DNA of 64,000 nt, from positions 1-64,000 of IMG/VR virus record IMGVR_UViG_3300025096_002712. The stretch is one strand, 5' to 3'. A program made the position numbers and the translations under genes. The notes below the pieces were generated by a model. That model was not told the DNA's origin and searched no databases. It saw only the letters and a program-made list of their open reading frames with translations. This DNA comes from a virus. Below, one piece after another: positions 47,899-57,528 of this stretch (position 1 is the stretch's first letter; every line of letters starts with the position of its first letter).

Positions 47899-48181
47899 AT
47901 GGGGTGGTAAAGAAAATACAATAATACCAAAATGTGTATGTCCAACAAGTGGAGTAATATATTTGTCTGAAATAAGACAAGAACTTGAATCAACGAGTAA
48001 TTCAAATGATTATGGTAATGGGCCATGGACTACTAATACGACAACATTAAAAAATTGTAATCTCTTCGTGTATGATAGTAGAAATACTAATTCAGATGAT
48101 TATCCAAATAGTTCAGAACCACATAAGATGACAGAGTGGTATAGTTATCATCATAACGCAACAAGTGGTATGGGGATGTAA
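47891..48181 (+). CDS. Small fibre-tip-associated protein
   Basis: 'PTSGVIYLSEIRQEL...PHKMTEWYSY' pattern of small proteins that follow S74 fibres. Confidence 0.5.
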   Translation: MVKWGGKENTIIPKCVCPTSGVIYLSEIRQELESTSNSNDYGNGPWTTNTTTLKNCNLFVYDSRNTNSDDYPNSSEPHKMTEWYSYHHNATSGMGM

Positions 48182-48594
48182 TGAATAAATTATTTCATAA
48201 TAATAAAATTGAAGTTAGGGATTCATCTATACATGGACGAGGAGTTTTTGCAAAAGAAGATATTAAAAGTGGTGAAATCTTAGAAGAATGTCATTATATT
48301 GTGGTAGATGATGGTAATTCACACGATATGCCACTTTATAAATGGCGTCGTTTAACAGATAGTAATATACAAATTGATGAACGGAAATTTCAATGGCCTA
48401 AAGGTGAAGATTTTGAAAAATATACAATACCATTTGGATTTGGTACTATATACAATAGTGTATTAAACGAAGAAGAAAGAAGTGTTAATTGGGAAAATGA
48501 TTTAGATAGAGATATTTATAGATTTTTTACAGTTAAAGATGTAAAAAAAGATGAAGAACTTTTATTATATTATCATAATGGCAAATTTAAATAA
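48181..48594 (+). CDS. SET-domain protein (putative lysine methyltransferase) 2
   Basis: 'SSIHGRGVFAKEDIKSGEILEEC', 'GFGTIYN' and 'KDVKKDEELLLYY'; clear paralog of SET 1. Confidence 0.8.
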   Translation: MNKLFHNNKIEVRDSSIHGRGVFAKEDIKSGEILEECHYIVVDDGNSHDMPLYKWRRLTDSNIQIDERKFQWPKGEDFEKYTIPFGFGTIYNSVLNEEERSVNWENDLDRDIYRFFTVKDVKKDEELLLYYHNGKFK

Positions 48595-48609
48595 AAAGGG
48601 TAAATAGAA

Positions 48610-49053
48610 ATGGCTTTTACAGATAGAGGAGCATATTTAGATACATCGGAAAGGGTTCACATAGGTGGAACTGGTGATCCTTCTGTATCGTTGAAAGTAA
48701 CAGGTGAAGTATATGTTACAAACAATATTACTGCCTATTATTCATCAGACATAAGTTTGAAAGATAATATCAGACCGATAGAAAGTGCCATTTTTAAGGT
48801 CAAACAAATCAGAGGTGTTACCTTTGATTGGAATAAAAAATCAGGAAAAATTGAACAAGAAAAAGGTCATGATGTAGGTTTAATTGCACAAGAAGTTGAA
48901 AAGGTTTTACCAGAAGTTATTCAGATTCGTGAAGATGGAATCAAGGCAATTGCATATGAAAAGGTTGTACCACTATTAGTAGAAGCCATTAAAGAACAAC
49001 AAACTCTTATTGAGGATTTATCAAATAGAATAAAGACATTAGAGGAAAGATAA
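48610..49053 (+). CDS. Mini-fibre / nearly stand-alone peptidase S74 chaperone protein
   Basis: Only about 45 aa precede 'YSSDISLKDNI'; also 'VGLIAQEVEKVLPEVI' and 'IAYEKVVPLLVEAIKEQQ'. Confidence 0.85.
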   Translation: MAFTDRGAYLDTSERVHIGGTGDPSVSLKVTGEVYVTNNITAYYSSDISLKDNIRPIESAIFKVKQIRGVTFDWNKKSGKIEQEKGHDVGLIAQEVEKVLPEVIQIREDGIKAIAYEKVVPLLVEAIKEQQTLIEDLSNRIKTLEER

Positions 49054-50135
49054 TGGCACTACAAAGTGGATTTAAAATATTAGGTCTAAATATTATAGAT
49101 AGTGGTGGTGGTTATGGAACATCAAAAACTGGTAGTTTGAGAGCTAGAGATCCAGGTCAAGGAAATGGATTTTTAGGAAATTATTATTCTACGGGTGGTA
49201 AAATAGTTTCTGCTTCAATATCAAATAAAGGTAAAAGTTATTCAAGTGGCTCTTGGGTACAACCGAACACGGCGATTAAAGGTGCAGTTACTTCTATTTC
49301 AATTGGAACATATGCAGATCCAGCTACAGGATCTGGTTCAATAATATTACCAAACATTGGTATGGATATATCTATGAGTATATCTGATATCAATAGAGAA
49401 AAGGGAATAGCAGCCACTACTGCAAATTCAGACATTCACGATTTATATGAAGATTTTTCATCAATAGCAGGTTCAGTTCATAGTGGTTTAGAGGGAAAAC
49501 CAAATTTCGATTGGTGGCAAGGAGGTCCAGTTTCACAGTCAGCATCCCATCCTATAAGATTTGATGAATTTTATAATGCAAATTATTCAATGTATGGTGG
49601 TGCAGGTTGTCTTGCAATAGGAACACCGATAACAATGGCAGATGGTTCTACTAAAAATGTAGAGGATGTAAATGTAGGGGATATGGTAAGGGCAGCAACA
49701 GTAAAAGGTATGCCATTAGATTTTGATGATGAAGATACTTGGTCTATTTGGACTGGTGTACCACACGGAAATCCACCTGGTTCAGTATGGGCTACCGCAT
49801 ATTATGATATACAAGAGATAAATCGAGTTACACCAGCAAGTGCGTCAGTTCAAGAGATTTATTTTGATTTTTATGATAATTATTATCTGATAAATGGTTC
49901 TTTAAAGGCAACATATGAACATCCATTTTTTGTATTAAGAGATGGTAGTTATCATTTTAAAACAACAGCCAGTTTGTTACCTGGTGATAAGTTATTCAAA
50001 GATAATAACGAGTTTGAAGAAATAACATCACTTGAATTTGTACAAGAATCAATAGAAACAGTTAATCTTAATGTAGAAAATTTAGATGTTTATTTCGGTG
50101 GTGGTTATTTAATGCACAATGTTCATTCTAAATAG
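49053..50135 (+). CDS. Fibre-tip-like protein with a C-terminal Hint (BIL-type) domain
   Basis: G|CLAIGTPITMADGSTKNVEDVNVGD (block A), TYEHPF (block B), VNLNVE..DVYFGGGYLMHN|VHSK. Confidence 0.8.
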   Translation: MALQSGFKILGLNIIDSGGGYGTSKTGSLRARDPGQGNGFLGNYYSTGGKIVSASISNKGKSYSSGSWVQPNTAIKGAVTSISIGTYADPATGSGSIILPNIGMDISMSISDINREKGIAATTANSDIHDLYEDFSSIAGSVHSGLEGKPNFDWWQGGPVSQSASHPIRFDEFYNANYSMYGGAGCLAIGTPITMADGSTKNVEDVNVGDMVRAATVKGMPLDFDDEDTWSIWTGVPHGNPPGSVWATAYYDIQEINRVTPASASVQEIYFDFYDNYYLINGSLKATYEHPFFVLRDGSYHFKTTASLLPGDKLFKDNNEFEEITSLEFVQESIETVNLNVENLDVYFGGGYLMHNVHSK

Positions 50136-50143
50136 GAGTTATA

Positions 50144-51154
50144 ATGAGTTATGATGTTTATTACTCTACTGGAGGTGGTTCAGTAGTTTATGGTGGAGCA
50201 GATATTTGGGTTAATAATTGGTTACGAGAAGTAGCCCCTAAATTAAATCATCCATCTAAATTACTAATTCATCGCCGTAGACCTGAAAAAGTAAAGGTAG
50301 AATTTGATTCACCAATAGAAGTTGTATGGCAAGGTGATCACCCAAAAGATTTCGAAGAAATAGCCTCGAAGGCTCGTAAGATTCATGTATTACACGGATA
50401 TTATACACCACATAGGATAATAGAAAGTAATAAAGATAAATTAGAATCAGTATGTATTCATGTATCAGTAGATTTATCGTTAAAGGCAGGATTTCAATTA
50501 GGATTACCGAAGTTAATGCATTATGCAGCAAACGCATCTTGGGAAAAGAGAGTTTCAAAATGGGCAAAGAAGGTAGTGTGGATTGGGTTAGATAAGATTC
50601 CATTACATGATGAAGTAGGTATAATTGATTTACCAAATTATTACGAGTTTACACAAAATAAAAAAGTATGTATGAGTAATAAAGTTGGATTTGCAGCAAG
50701 ATGTGAAACTCGTAAATCACCACATTTCTTAGATGGTATTGATAGTTATTCTTTTACCGATCCAGAAGATTGGAGATGGTGGAAATTAAATCTTGGGTTA
50801 GAGTTTAAAAATACTCGGTTATATCAATTTAAAAATAAAAATATTCATTGGTTTTTTAATAGAGAGGATTGGGGAATATCACATAGCTGTCATCTACATG
50901 AACCATTCGGTTATTCTATATTTCAAGCATTAGATTATGGAAAGTTACCTATATTACAAAAAGATTGGCTGTCAAACTATGATTATCCATTCAGAGCTTT
51001 CAATAAGAAAGAGTTTGATGAACAATTACATAATATATCAGAGTTATCAGAGAAAGAAAGACAAGATTATTTGGATGGACTGAGAGATTATTGTAGGAAG
51101 TATGATAATAAGGATGAATGGGTAGAGAAATATTTGGAAATATACAACGCATGA
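50144..51154 (+). CDS. GT-B fold glycosyltransferase (GT4-like)
   Basis: N-terminal 'YGGADIWV', 'FAARCETRKSP' and 'HEPFGYSIFQALDYGKLPI'. Confidence 0.7.
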   Translation: MSYDVYYSTGGGSVVYGGADIWVNNWLREVAPKLNHPSKLLIHRRRPEKVKVEFDSPIEVVWQGDHPKDFEEIASKARKIHVLHGYYTPHRIIESNKDKLESVCIHVSVDLSLKAGFQLGLPKLMHYAANASWEKRVSKWAKKVVWIGLDKIPLHDEVGIIDLPNYYEFTQNKKVCMSNKVGFAARCETRKSPHFLDGIDSYSFTDPEDWRWWKLNLGLEFKNTRLYQFKNKNIHWFFNREDWGISHSCHLHEPFGYSIFQALDYGKLPILQKDWLSNYDYPFRAFNKKEFDEQLHNISELSEKERQDYLDGLRDYCRKYDNKDEWVEKYLEIYNA

Positions 51155-51180
51155 TATTTATTAATAACACACAACACGGC

Positions 51181-51225
51181 ACGCGTATTAGACGAGAATC
51201 GTCTTTTTCATGCGTATTTTTTTTG
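51181..51225 (+). terminator. Hairpin plus U-tract (terminator/attenuator-like)
   Basis: ACGCGT...ATGCGT outer stem and AGACGA-GAA-TCGTCT inner stem, followed by a T run. Confidence 0.55.
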
Positions 51226-51235
51226 GAGAACTTTT

Positions 51236-52732
51236 TTGGCAACACCAACAGATGGAACTAAACTATCATTAGGAAAACTCGGTAGGGCAACCGCCGTAGG
51301 TAATTCCGATTATACTTCTAAGACAAGTCTTAATGATGCTGGCAGAGATAGTGGAACTGATAAAACTAAGGTAAGTGATTTTTACATTGGTTCAGTAGAT
51401 AATACTTTAGATGGTTATCCATATGTGGATGAACAAACAAATGAAACCTATACAATGACTTTCACTAATGAGAATAGTTTATTTCAATCTCGTATAGGTG
51501 GACGACACCAAAACTTTACTTGGAGTGGAAGTGCTTTATTTGCCCCACAATCAAATCAAGATTATACTGCAGTTTTTGCAGCAGGAACAATAACAGACCA
51601 CGCAACACCGAGTGTAAGTGAAAGTAATGTAGTTGTGGACTATGATTTTAATAATTGGGCAGATTCAAACACATTAGTTAGTTGGTCAGGTAGTGGGGCG
51701 AGTGTAATATCAAAGCATACTCTTGTAAGTCAATCACCATCTGGTTCTAATAATTTTGCAGTAAAGTTTAATACACAAGATAGTCATATAAGTCAGTCTT
51801 TAACAGTTAAAGGAAACTCTGTTTATAGAATTAGAGCAATGGCCTCATCTTCTAATCTTGATGAGGGAAATATAAATATGGAAATTAGTGGTGCTTATAC
51901 TCAACAGACATTTAGAGGTATAGCAGGTAACGGTGAATGGAAAGAAACAAGAAATGATTTTTACACGAGTGGTTCTGCAGGAGTAACTCAAACCCTAAAA
52001 CTTACTTTCACTGCAATATCAGCTTCTTCAGACCATAAACCACTATTAGATACGGTATTTTTTGAAAGATGGGAAGGTGCACATATGAGTGATACGAGTG
52101 TAGTTGTATCTGGTAAATATCATGATGCAGGACAGAGTGATGGGTTTAATGACCACGCTACACGATATAATACTGATATTACTAAAACTGTTGAAATACA
52201 AGATACATATGGTGGACTTGCAATAGCCTGTTTCTTACCAGGAACTTTAATATTAATGTCAGATGAAACTACAAAACCCATTGAAGATATTAATGTGGGT
52301 GATGAAGTAATGTCATTAGATTTACCTGGACTTCCAGATGAAGATTTAGGATATTTAGAGTGGAAGGCTTATACAATGAGACCAATGGATAATTTAGATG
52401 AAGTGATAGAAAGGTATAAGAAAACTGCAAATGTAGAACATTTATTTTATGATTATATGGATGGTTATTATAGTATTAATAATGGATACTTAAAAATTAC
52501 GAGAGAACACGATCTTTTTATATATGATAATGGTATGTGGAGATGGATGACACCAAATGAAATAAGTGGTGGTATGAAATTATTTAGTTATGAGGGCGAA
52601 ATAATAAATATAGATTCGATAGAATGGGTAGAAGGTGAAGTTGAAGTTGTAAATTTTGATGTAGAACCATTGGATGTATATTTTGCAGGTGGAGTATTAG
52701 TTCACAACAAAGGAGCAAGTTCTGAACCATAA
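51236..52732 (+). CDS. Fibre-tip-like protein with a carbohydrate-binding-like domain and a C-terminal Hint (BIL-type) domain
   Basis: TTG start after GGAGA. CBM-like 'DYDFNNW...ISQSLTV..NSVYRI...GEWKE'. Hint motifs A|CFLPGTLILMSD...TREHDLF...VNFDVE..DVYFAGGVLVHN|KGASSEP. Confidence 0.8.
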   Translation: MATPTDGTKLSLGKLGRATAVGNSDYTSKTSLNDAGRDSGTDKTKVSDFYIGSVDNTLDGYPYVDEQTNETYTMTFTNENSLFQSRIGGRHQNFTWSGSALFAPQSNQDYTAVFAAGTITDHATPSVSESNVVVDYDFNNWADSNTLVSWSGSGASVISKHTLVSQSPSGSNNFAVKFNTQDSHISQSLTVKGNSVYRIRAMASSSNLDEGNINMEISGAYTQQTFRGIAGNGEWKETRNDFYTSGSAGVTQTLKLTFTAISASSDHKPLLDTVFFERWEGAHMSDTSVVVSGKYHDAGQSDGFNDHATRYNTDITKTVEIQDTYGGLAIACFLPGTLILMSDETTKPIEDINVGDEVMSLDLPGLPDEDLGYLEWKAYTMRPMDNLDEVIERYKKTANVEHLFYDYMDGYYSINNGYLKITREHDLFIYDNGMWRWMTPNEISGGMKLFSYEGEIINIDSIEWVEGEVEVVNFDVEPLDVYFAGGVLVHNKGASSEP

Positions 52733-52789
52733 ATAATATGATTTGAAAGTTTTTTTAACTATTTATTAAAGGATAACAATAGGTTTTAT

Positions 52790-53500
52790 ATGTCAATACT
52801 AAATCGTGGATATATATACGATTCAATAACAAGAAATGAAGATTCAGGTTCAGTATCATATAGATGGACTCATGGTGCTAATGACACTTATATGGGCACT
52901 GGTATATTTTATTATGCCATTCCATATTTTCTAAAGGCACGAGTATGTGTTTGTCTTGGTAGTGGTGGTGGATATGTGCCACGATTGATGGTTGATTGTG
53001 TTCATGAATTAAATGAAGTTGATATGTATGGTGAGAATAAATATGGTGAAGTCTATGTTGTTGATGCGACAAATGGTTTTAATGGTGAAGTTGATTGGTC
53101 TGATGAGGATAGTTTTTTACGAGAAAAGTTTAATCCAAAATTTTTAAACACCACTACGGAAGATGCATTCTATAACTTTTTTGTTAAACGGGATATCAAA
53201 ATAGATTATTTACATATAGATGCAGACCATACTTATGAGGGTTGTAAACTTGACTTTGATTTATATTCTACGATAATGAACGAAAATGGAATTATATCAA
53301 TACACGATACAGATAGAAAATATTGGGAAAACTTTGGAACTTATGATGGAGAGGAACATGATTCCTGTACGGGTCCAAGTGAAGTTATAAATGAAATCAG
53401 TAATAAATGGGAAGTATTTAATTTGTTTGATTATAAAGAAAAAAATGAAGTTTTACCTTCTTCTGGTTTAACTATATTGAGAAGAAAAGATGAGATATAG
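52790..53500 (+). CDS. Class I SAM-dependent methyltransferase (Methyltransf_24-like)
   Basis: 'CLGSGGG', 'IDYLHIDADHTYEGCKLDF' and 'GIISIHDT'. Confidence 0.8.
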   Translation: MSILNRGYIYDSITRNEDSGSVSYRWTHGANDTYMGTGIFYYAIPYFLKARVCVCLGSGGGYVPRLMVDCVHELNEVDMYGENKYGEVYVVDATNGFNGEVDWSDEDSFLREKFNPKFLNTTTEDAFYNFFVKRDIKIDYLHIDADHTYEGCKLDFDLYSTIMNENGIISIHDTDRKYWENFGTYDGEEHDSCTGPSEVINEISNKWEVFNLFDYKEKNEVLPSSGLTILRRKDEI

Positions 53501-55958
53501 ACCAACAAAGTTTACCATAGAAGAACAACAGGATATACGAGAACGATATAGTGAATGGTTAAAACCAGAAAATATTATTTGGGTAGAAAAGGAATATAAA
53601 GATAATATACAATATTATGAATACCAAGAAATAGAAAAGTTTATTGATAAACATTTTAATTTTGCAAAAAGTTATGCAGAAAAAATGTGGGTATTAGAAA
53701 AAATAAAGGATTGGAATTCTCATACTTCTCAATATATTGATAGTAGAATAGGTAATTATAAAATAAATGATTTTAATGATGAAACACTTCAAAGAATTAT
53801 ATTGGAAGAAATAGAACACGGTGGTGCAGAAGGAAAGGGATTTTTAAGTGATTTTATAGAAAATAGAATTAAAGATATGGAACTTTCTTCATTTCAAGAA
53901 GAACTAAGTGTTAGACAAAAGTTGTGTGATTTAGAGTTTCATACAACACCTTATGTTGAAAAAAGAATAGGAGATTATGAAATAGAAGATTTAGATGATG
54001 AATTAGTAAAACGAATAAAATTAGAAGAATGTGAAAAATTAAATAGCCCATTTATATTAAAACAAATAAAAAAACATATGGGAAAAATACATCCTGATGA
54101 TGAACTCTCAAAGAGACAGATATTAAACGAGTGTGAGAAACATACTAATGATTATGTTGCAAAAAGAATAAAAGAATTTCAACCACTAACTTTAAAAACT
54201 GAAAATCACGAAGATTTATATGAACAGTTACAATGGAGAGAAGATTTAGAGCAAATAATTGATCATAGATCTGAGTTTATAGATCAAAATATAAAATTTT
54301 ATAAAGGTCGTGGTGTAGAAATAACAACACCCACACAGGAACTCGAACACAGATTAAAACTTGAAGAATGTGAAAAGTTTAATACAGACTATATTTCAAG
54401 AGAAACAGCAAGATTAAAGGATGAATATTTAATTCGTGATCCACAAGAAGAACTTAAACATAGAATGAATCTTGCATTTTTCGAAGATAATGTAAAGGAT
54501 AAAGAAAAAATAGCAAGTAAAGAAACATTTTGGGATATGATTTCAGTTCATGGATTAGAAAATTTAAATCTACTCAAGGAAGAATTAAATAATGTAGGTA
54601 ATGGTTTTTGTTTAGCAAAATGGAATCAAGTTAGTATTCTTTTACAGACAGGTCAAACTCATAGTTGTCACCACCCAAGACCTCATGTAGTTCCTAAAAG
54701 AGAATTGGAAAACAATCCATCTGCACTTCACAATACATATTTCAAAAAGATGCAAAGAAAGACGATGTTAAAAGGTGGTCGTCCAAAGGAATGTGATTAT
54801 TGTTGGAATGTAGAAGATGCTAATCCAGGAGCATTTAGTGATAGGATTATGAAAAGTGGTGAGGCCTGGGCATTTCCATACTTCGATAAGATTAAAAGGT
54901 CAGATCCAGAAGAAAATACTAATCCATCTTATGTAGAAGTTAGTTTTTCTAATCAATGTAATATGAGTTGTGGTTATTGTGATGTCAAAAGTAGTTCCAA
55001 TTGGCAACACGAAATAGCAACAAAAGGACATTATCCTACGAGTGGAATGTATAACAATACTGAATGGATGGAAAGGGAAGGAATAGTTCCGATACCACAT
55101 ACTAAACCCAATCCATACAGAGATGCTTTTTGGAAATGGTGGCCAGACTTATTCCCAACACTTCATACTTTTAGAATAACTGGAGGTGAACCACTTTTAC
55201 ATAAAGATACATTTAAAGTTTTAGATTATCTAATAGAAAATCCAAAAGTAAATCCTATGTTAGAAATGTCTGTTAATAGTAATTTATGTGCACCACAACA
55301 TTTATTTGAAGAGTTTGTGGATAAAGTTAAGTATATTACAGATAGAGACTTAGTTTGGAATTTTGCACTATTTACAAGTATTGAGGCGGACGGGAAACAC
55401 GCAGAATATATGAGAGATGGAATGGACGCTGATAGATTTTGGAATAACTTAGATTATTTTTTAACCAAATGTCAAAAACCAGAGGCAACTATAATGGCAA
55501 CTTATAATCTTACAAGTGTTTCAACTTATCACGAAGTGATTAAGAAGGTATTTGAATTAAAAAAGAAACATTATAATGGCCAAAGATACAGACATTATGG
55601 TATAATACTGGACACGGCATATCTTAGACATCCAGAGTTCTTACAAGTTCGTTTATTGTCTACACATTGGATTGATAAAATACGAGAAGATGTAAAATTA
55701 ATGGAGAGTTTAGCGGAAGAAAAATATACTCATATTTATGGACATGGACATGCAGGATTTTATGATTTTGAAAGAGAAAAATTAAGACGAGTATTGGATT
55801 GGGTAGATGCCCCACTCGATGATGTAAAATGGTTAATGAAAATGAGGAAAGATTTTGTATTATTTATCGATGAGTTTGATATAAGACGAGGAAAAAACTT
55901 CTTAGAAACTTTTCCAGAGATGGAAGATTTTTACAATTCTTGTAAGAAGTTGATATAA
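53490..55958 (+). CDS. Twitch/SPASM-type radical SAM protein with a long N-terminal helical repeat region
   Basis: CNMSCGYC (CxxxCxxC) and TGGEP; auxiliary Cys motifs FCLAKW, HSCHH and CDYCW; N-terminal repeats 'EEL..R..LEECEK'. Confidence 0.85.
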   Translation: MRYRPTKFTIEEQQDIRERYSEWLKPENIIWVEKEYKDNIQYYEYQEIEKFIDKHFNFAKSYAEKMWVLEKIKDWNSHTSQYIDSRIGNYKINDFNDETLQRIILEEIEHGGAEGKGFLSDFIENRIKDMELSSFQEELSVRQKLCDLEFHTTPYVEKRIGDYEIEDLDDELVKRIKLEECEKLNSPFILKQIKKHMGKIHPDDELSKRQILNECEKHTNDYVAKRIKEFQPLTLKTENHEDLYEQLQWREDLEQIIDHRSEFIDQNIKFYKGRGVEITTPTQELEHRLKLEECEKFNTDYISRETARLKDEYLIRDPQEELKHRMNLAFFEDNVKDKEKIASKETFWDMISVHGLENLNLLKEELNNVGNGFCLAKWNQVSILLQTGQTHSCHHPRPHVVPKRELENNPSALHNTYFKKMQRKTMLKGGRPKECDYCWNVEDANPGAFSDRIMKSGEAWAFPYFDKIKRSDPEENTNPSYVEVSFSNQCNMSCGYCDVKSSSNWQHEIATKGHYPTSGMYNNTEWMEREGIVPIPHTKPNPYRDAFWKWWPDLFPTLHTFRITGGEPLLHKDTFKVLDYLIENPKVNPMLEMSVNSNLCAPQHLFEEFVDKVKYITDRDLVWNFALFTSIEADGKHAEYMRDGMDADRFWNNLDYFLTKCQKPEATIMATYNLTSVSTYHEVIKKVFELKKKHYNGQRYRHYGIILDTAYLRHPEFLQVRLLSTHWIDKIREDVKLMESLAEEKYTHIYGHGHAGFYDFEREKLRRVLDWVDAPLDDVKWLMKMRKDFVLFIDEFDIRRGKNFLETFPEMEDFYNSCKKLI

Positions 55959-56677
55959 TGTTTGGAGTATTAACAAATAAAGGACAAGTTAATTATGTTT
56001 CATTAGATGATTTTATTTCTATTGATAAGATGAATTATTTCGAAACATATTTTGAGAAACAATTTGATAAGTTTTGTAATGATCTTCCACGAATTGTAGA
56101 GAGAAATGGATGGGCTGCAAATGAGTATTCGAAGGATGCTATAAATGATTCAGATAGAGTTTATTTATTCAATTCTTTAATGAGTACTTGGTATGATGAC
56201 ATTATTCCAAGAGATTATGCGTGGAAATTAGTAAAGACATATGTACCTGAATTTGTAGAATATTTATATGACAATGTATTGGATTATATGCATGGGTTTT
56301 TTATAAAACGCGAACTTCACAAGCCTATGGAATTTCATAGAGATTGGGGTGATAATGGACTTGATCCAACAGAAGAAGATTCACGAGGAATGCAGGAAAC
56401 TTGGATATGGTTTAGATTTTCGGATACTAAAAAACTTTATGTTTCAGACATAGATGGTGAACATGATGTTTCTAAAAGAATACCAATGGAATCCTATGGT
56501 GCAGTATTTAATGGGTTAGATTATCATGGTTGTTATGATGGTTCGAGTGGATTTAGTGTAAGGATTAATGGTGGATTAAAACAAAATATCATAGACGATA
56601 CAGGGATTGATGTTACTACTTGGAAAGAATGGTATCCAGCTACTGGTCATTGGTTAGATGAGAAATTAACTCTATGA
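55958..56677 (+). CDS. Putative 2OG-Fe(II) oxygenase/cupin-fold protein
   Basis: HxD (FHRD) ... H (YHG) ... R (FSVRI) spacing typical of DSBH oxygenases. Confidence 0.5.
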   Translation: MFGVLTNKGQVNYVSLDDFISIDKMNYFETYFEKQFDKFCNDLPRIVERNGWAANEYSKDAINDSDRVYLFNSLMSTWYDDIIPRDYAWKLVKTYVPEFVEYLYDNVLDYMHGFFIKRELHKPMEFHRDWGDNGLDPTEEDSRGMQETWIWFRFSDTKKLYVSDIDGEHDVSKRIPMESYGAVFNGLDYHGCYDGSSGFSVRINGGLKQNIIDDTGIDVTTWKEWYPATGHWLDEKLTL

Positions 56678-57528
56678 GTATAAATTTAGTTACAGTTTGT
56701 GGTCATAATACCACAATGTTAAGACATATGTTGCAACATTACAAAGATTTTGTTGATGAAATCTATGTAGTTGTATATTTATCAACAGACAAGGATAGAG
56801 TTTTATCTGAAGTCAAAGAAATCACTCGTGATTTAAATATTGATATACATAAGACGACAGTTGAAGAACCATTTAATTGGACAAGGGTTACGGAGTTATA
56901 TAATGAAACAAAGTTATTAAAACCAGATGATTGGTGGATTGTAGCAGATGATGATGAACTTCATGTATATCCAACACCAATCAATGAACTCATAGAAGAT
57001 TGTGAAGAAAATGGTTATCAGTTTATTACAGGAGCATTTTTAGATAGGATCGGTGAAAGAGGTCGATTCCCAAAGATTGATGATGATAGTGATGTTTGGA
57101 AAGAGTTTCCATTGGCTGGTTCATTTAGATATCCAGTTTCAAATGCCTGTCCAAATAAAACTGTAGTGATGAAAGGTATTATACAAGTCACTAATGGACA
57201 ACATTATGCAATGGTAAACGATTTCCAAGATACTTATGGTGATAGGTGGATGCACGAGTTGAGATATCCAGTCGGTGGGTGTTTTATTCAAGTTCATCAT
57301 TTTAAATGGGATATTTCAGTTATTGATAGAATAAGAGATGTTTCTCTTACAAAAAAAGATTACACATTTCATGATGAATATAAGAAAATGTTTGATTATA
57401 TAATGGATAATTTTGGAACAATTAATATTAGAGATGAAAGATTTATGATAGAAAGAAGTGGTAAAAATTATTACGATTATCCATATTGGGATAAAATAAG
57501 AACACAGGCTATAGAGTATAGAACATGA
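56674..57528 (+). CDS. GT-A fold glycosyltransferase (GT2-like)
   Basis: 'HMLQHYKDFVDEIYVV', DxD motif 'WWIVADDDELH' and 'VHHFKW'. Confidence 0.75.
   Translation: MSINLVTVCGHNTTMLRHMLQHYKDFVDEIYVVVYLSTDKDRVLSEVKEITRDLNIDIHKTTVEEPFNWTRVTELYNETKLLKPDDWWIVADDDELHVYPTPINELIEDCEENGYQFITGAFLDRIGERGRFPKIDDDSDVWKEFPLAGSFRYPVSNACPNKTVVMKGIIQVTNGQHYAMVNDFQDTYGDRWMHELRYPVGGCFIQVHHFKWDISVIDRIRDVSLTKKDYTFHDEYKKMFDYIMDNFGTINIRDERFMIERSGKNYYDYPYWDKIRTQAIEYRT

Noticed and set aside
49600-52732. Canonical mobile inteins
   Set aside because: No +1 Cys/Ser/Thr, no homing endonuclease and only 4-7 residues of C-extein, so these fit BIL/Hint auto-processing domains better.
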